Part shown: piece by piece, positions 63,151-64,000 of the stretch
How positions within the stretch are numbered: position 1 is the first letter of the stretch
Layout: every line of letters starts with the position of its first letter
Assembly (NCBI GenBank): GCA_973895155.1
Contig: OZ316899.1
Coordinates: 16,519,974-16,583,973, forward strand
Length of the DNA: 64,000 bases
From: Marsupella aquatica
Taxonomy: Eukaryota; Plantae; Marchantiophyta
Direction: 5' to 3'
The notes under the pieces: generated by a model
Database searches by the model: none
The model's input: only the letters and a program-made list of their open reading frames with translations
Told to the model about the DNA's origin: nothing
Program-made: the position numbers and the translations under genes

Positions 63151-63469
63151 CGCAACTCCAAACCTGTGCTTCCGGGGCAAATGTGCTTGGAAGAGTGTTG
63201 AAGCTTGGTGGAACGGAGCACAACGCTGCGCAACCCTAAGCCCTTGCAATGTGCACACAAAGACATGCCAAGAAATGAGCACATCGAGCGTTGCCCTCTC
63301 AATGTTTTTTCAGGAAATAGGGCTCCTCTTGGTACGCGAGAACACTTAGCGGGAAAAACCTAATGCTGGACCCCTAAACCCCGTAAAGGTAAGGTATTCT
63401 GTTGGATGGGGATGGTGGATATTGTGGGTCATTAATTAGGGTTATATTTTGACAATATCTCTCATATGT

Positions 63470-63655
63470 CTGGACCCCCCATAAGGCCCTAGGGAAGTTT
63501 AGACTAGGTTAATAACAATGTAAACCCCCCCCATAAGGCCCTAGGGAAATACCAACTATATAGGTTAATAACAAGGTCCGGACGCCCCCATAAGGCCCTA
63601 AGTAGGGAAGGCAAGGTTAATAACTCATAATGTCGCGACCCCCCCATAAGGCCAT
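63470..63655. repeat. Repeated CCCCCATAAGGCC motif (4 copies), possibly subterminal to a DNA transposon
   Basis: CCCCCATAAGGCC recurs at roughly 55-60 bp spacing. Confidence 0.6.
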
Positions 63656-64000
63656 GGCTGTTTGTGTAGGTGCCAACAAGAATGTTAAGGACCAATGTTA
63701 TATATAAAAAATGATGCCCGCGATATAAAAGGTCCGATATATGCCCGCGATATAAACCCATAACCCGCCCCTCATTTAAACAATTAATCCTTCATGGGAG
63801 GTGAGGGTGTTGTGGATTACATTAGTGTAATTAACTATGTACCGACCATGTTTTTTGGGTGATAGGTTATGTCTGCAAAAATTTATGCATGCATGAACAC
63901 AATTTTGGACTACCTTATTAGTCTCACCATATGATAGTGATACTCATCCAAATGTTAGCATTTAATAGCTCTCCACTCGTGACTCAATTGAGAGAAACCC

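Overview
This is eukaryotic, almost certainly plant, heterochromatic DNA. The mix of spliceosomal introns, CACTA, Mutator, Bianca-type copia and chromovirus elements fits a streptophyte, possibly a non-seed plant, but that assignment is inference. No intact host gene is evident. The window is a nest of transposons whose insertion order can be read from target-site duplications (TSDs). A Ty3/gypsy element B (~11389-54070, minus strand) encodes a C5 DNA methyltransferase between protease and RT, plus a PHD finger after integrase. B is split by a chromodomain gypsy element A (13398-48558, TSD CAACT, non-canonical AGT...ACT termini). The LTRs of A carry a solo LTR (14354-16585), a CACTA element (22859-36906, TSD ATG) and a Mutator-like element (37245-47593, 9-bp TSD). 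The CACTA element encodes a SET-domain exon and itself hosts a young deleted copia (29259-32973). The best candidate for an undescribed system is the Mutator-like element. It pairs a WRKY/GCM-type, SWIM-finger transposase head-to-head with a spliced gene encoding a ParB/Srx-like domain fused to a degenerate N4/N6 (beta-class) methyltransferase fold. An 18-bp palindrome (GCYAGCGA-NN-TCGCTRGC) recurs at least 8 times, only in its non-coding parts. A second CACTA remnant near the right end lies next to an EDM2/NSD-like triple-PHD gene starting MARTK. All domain calls are motif recognition by eye and need HMM or structure confirmation. Most ORFs carry premature stops or frameshifts.
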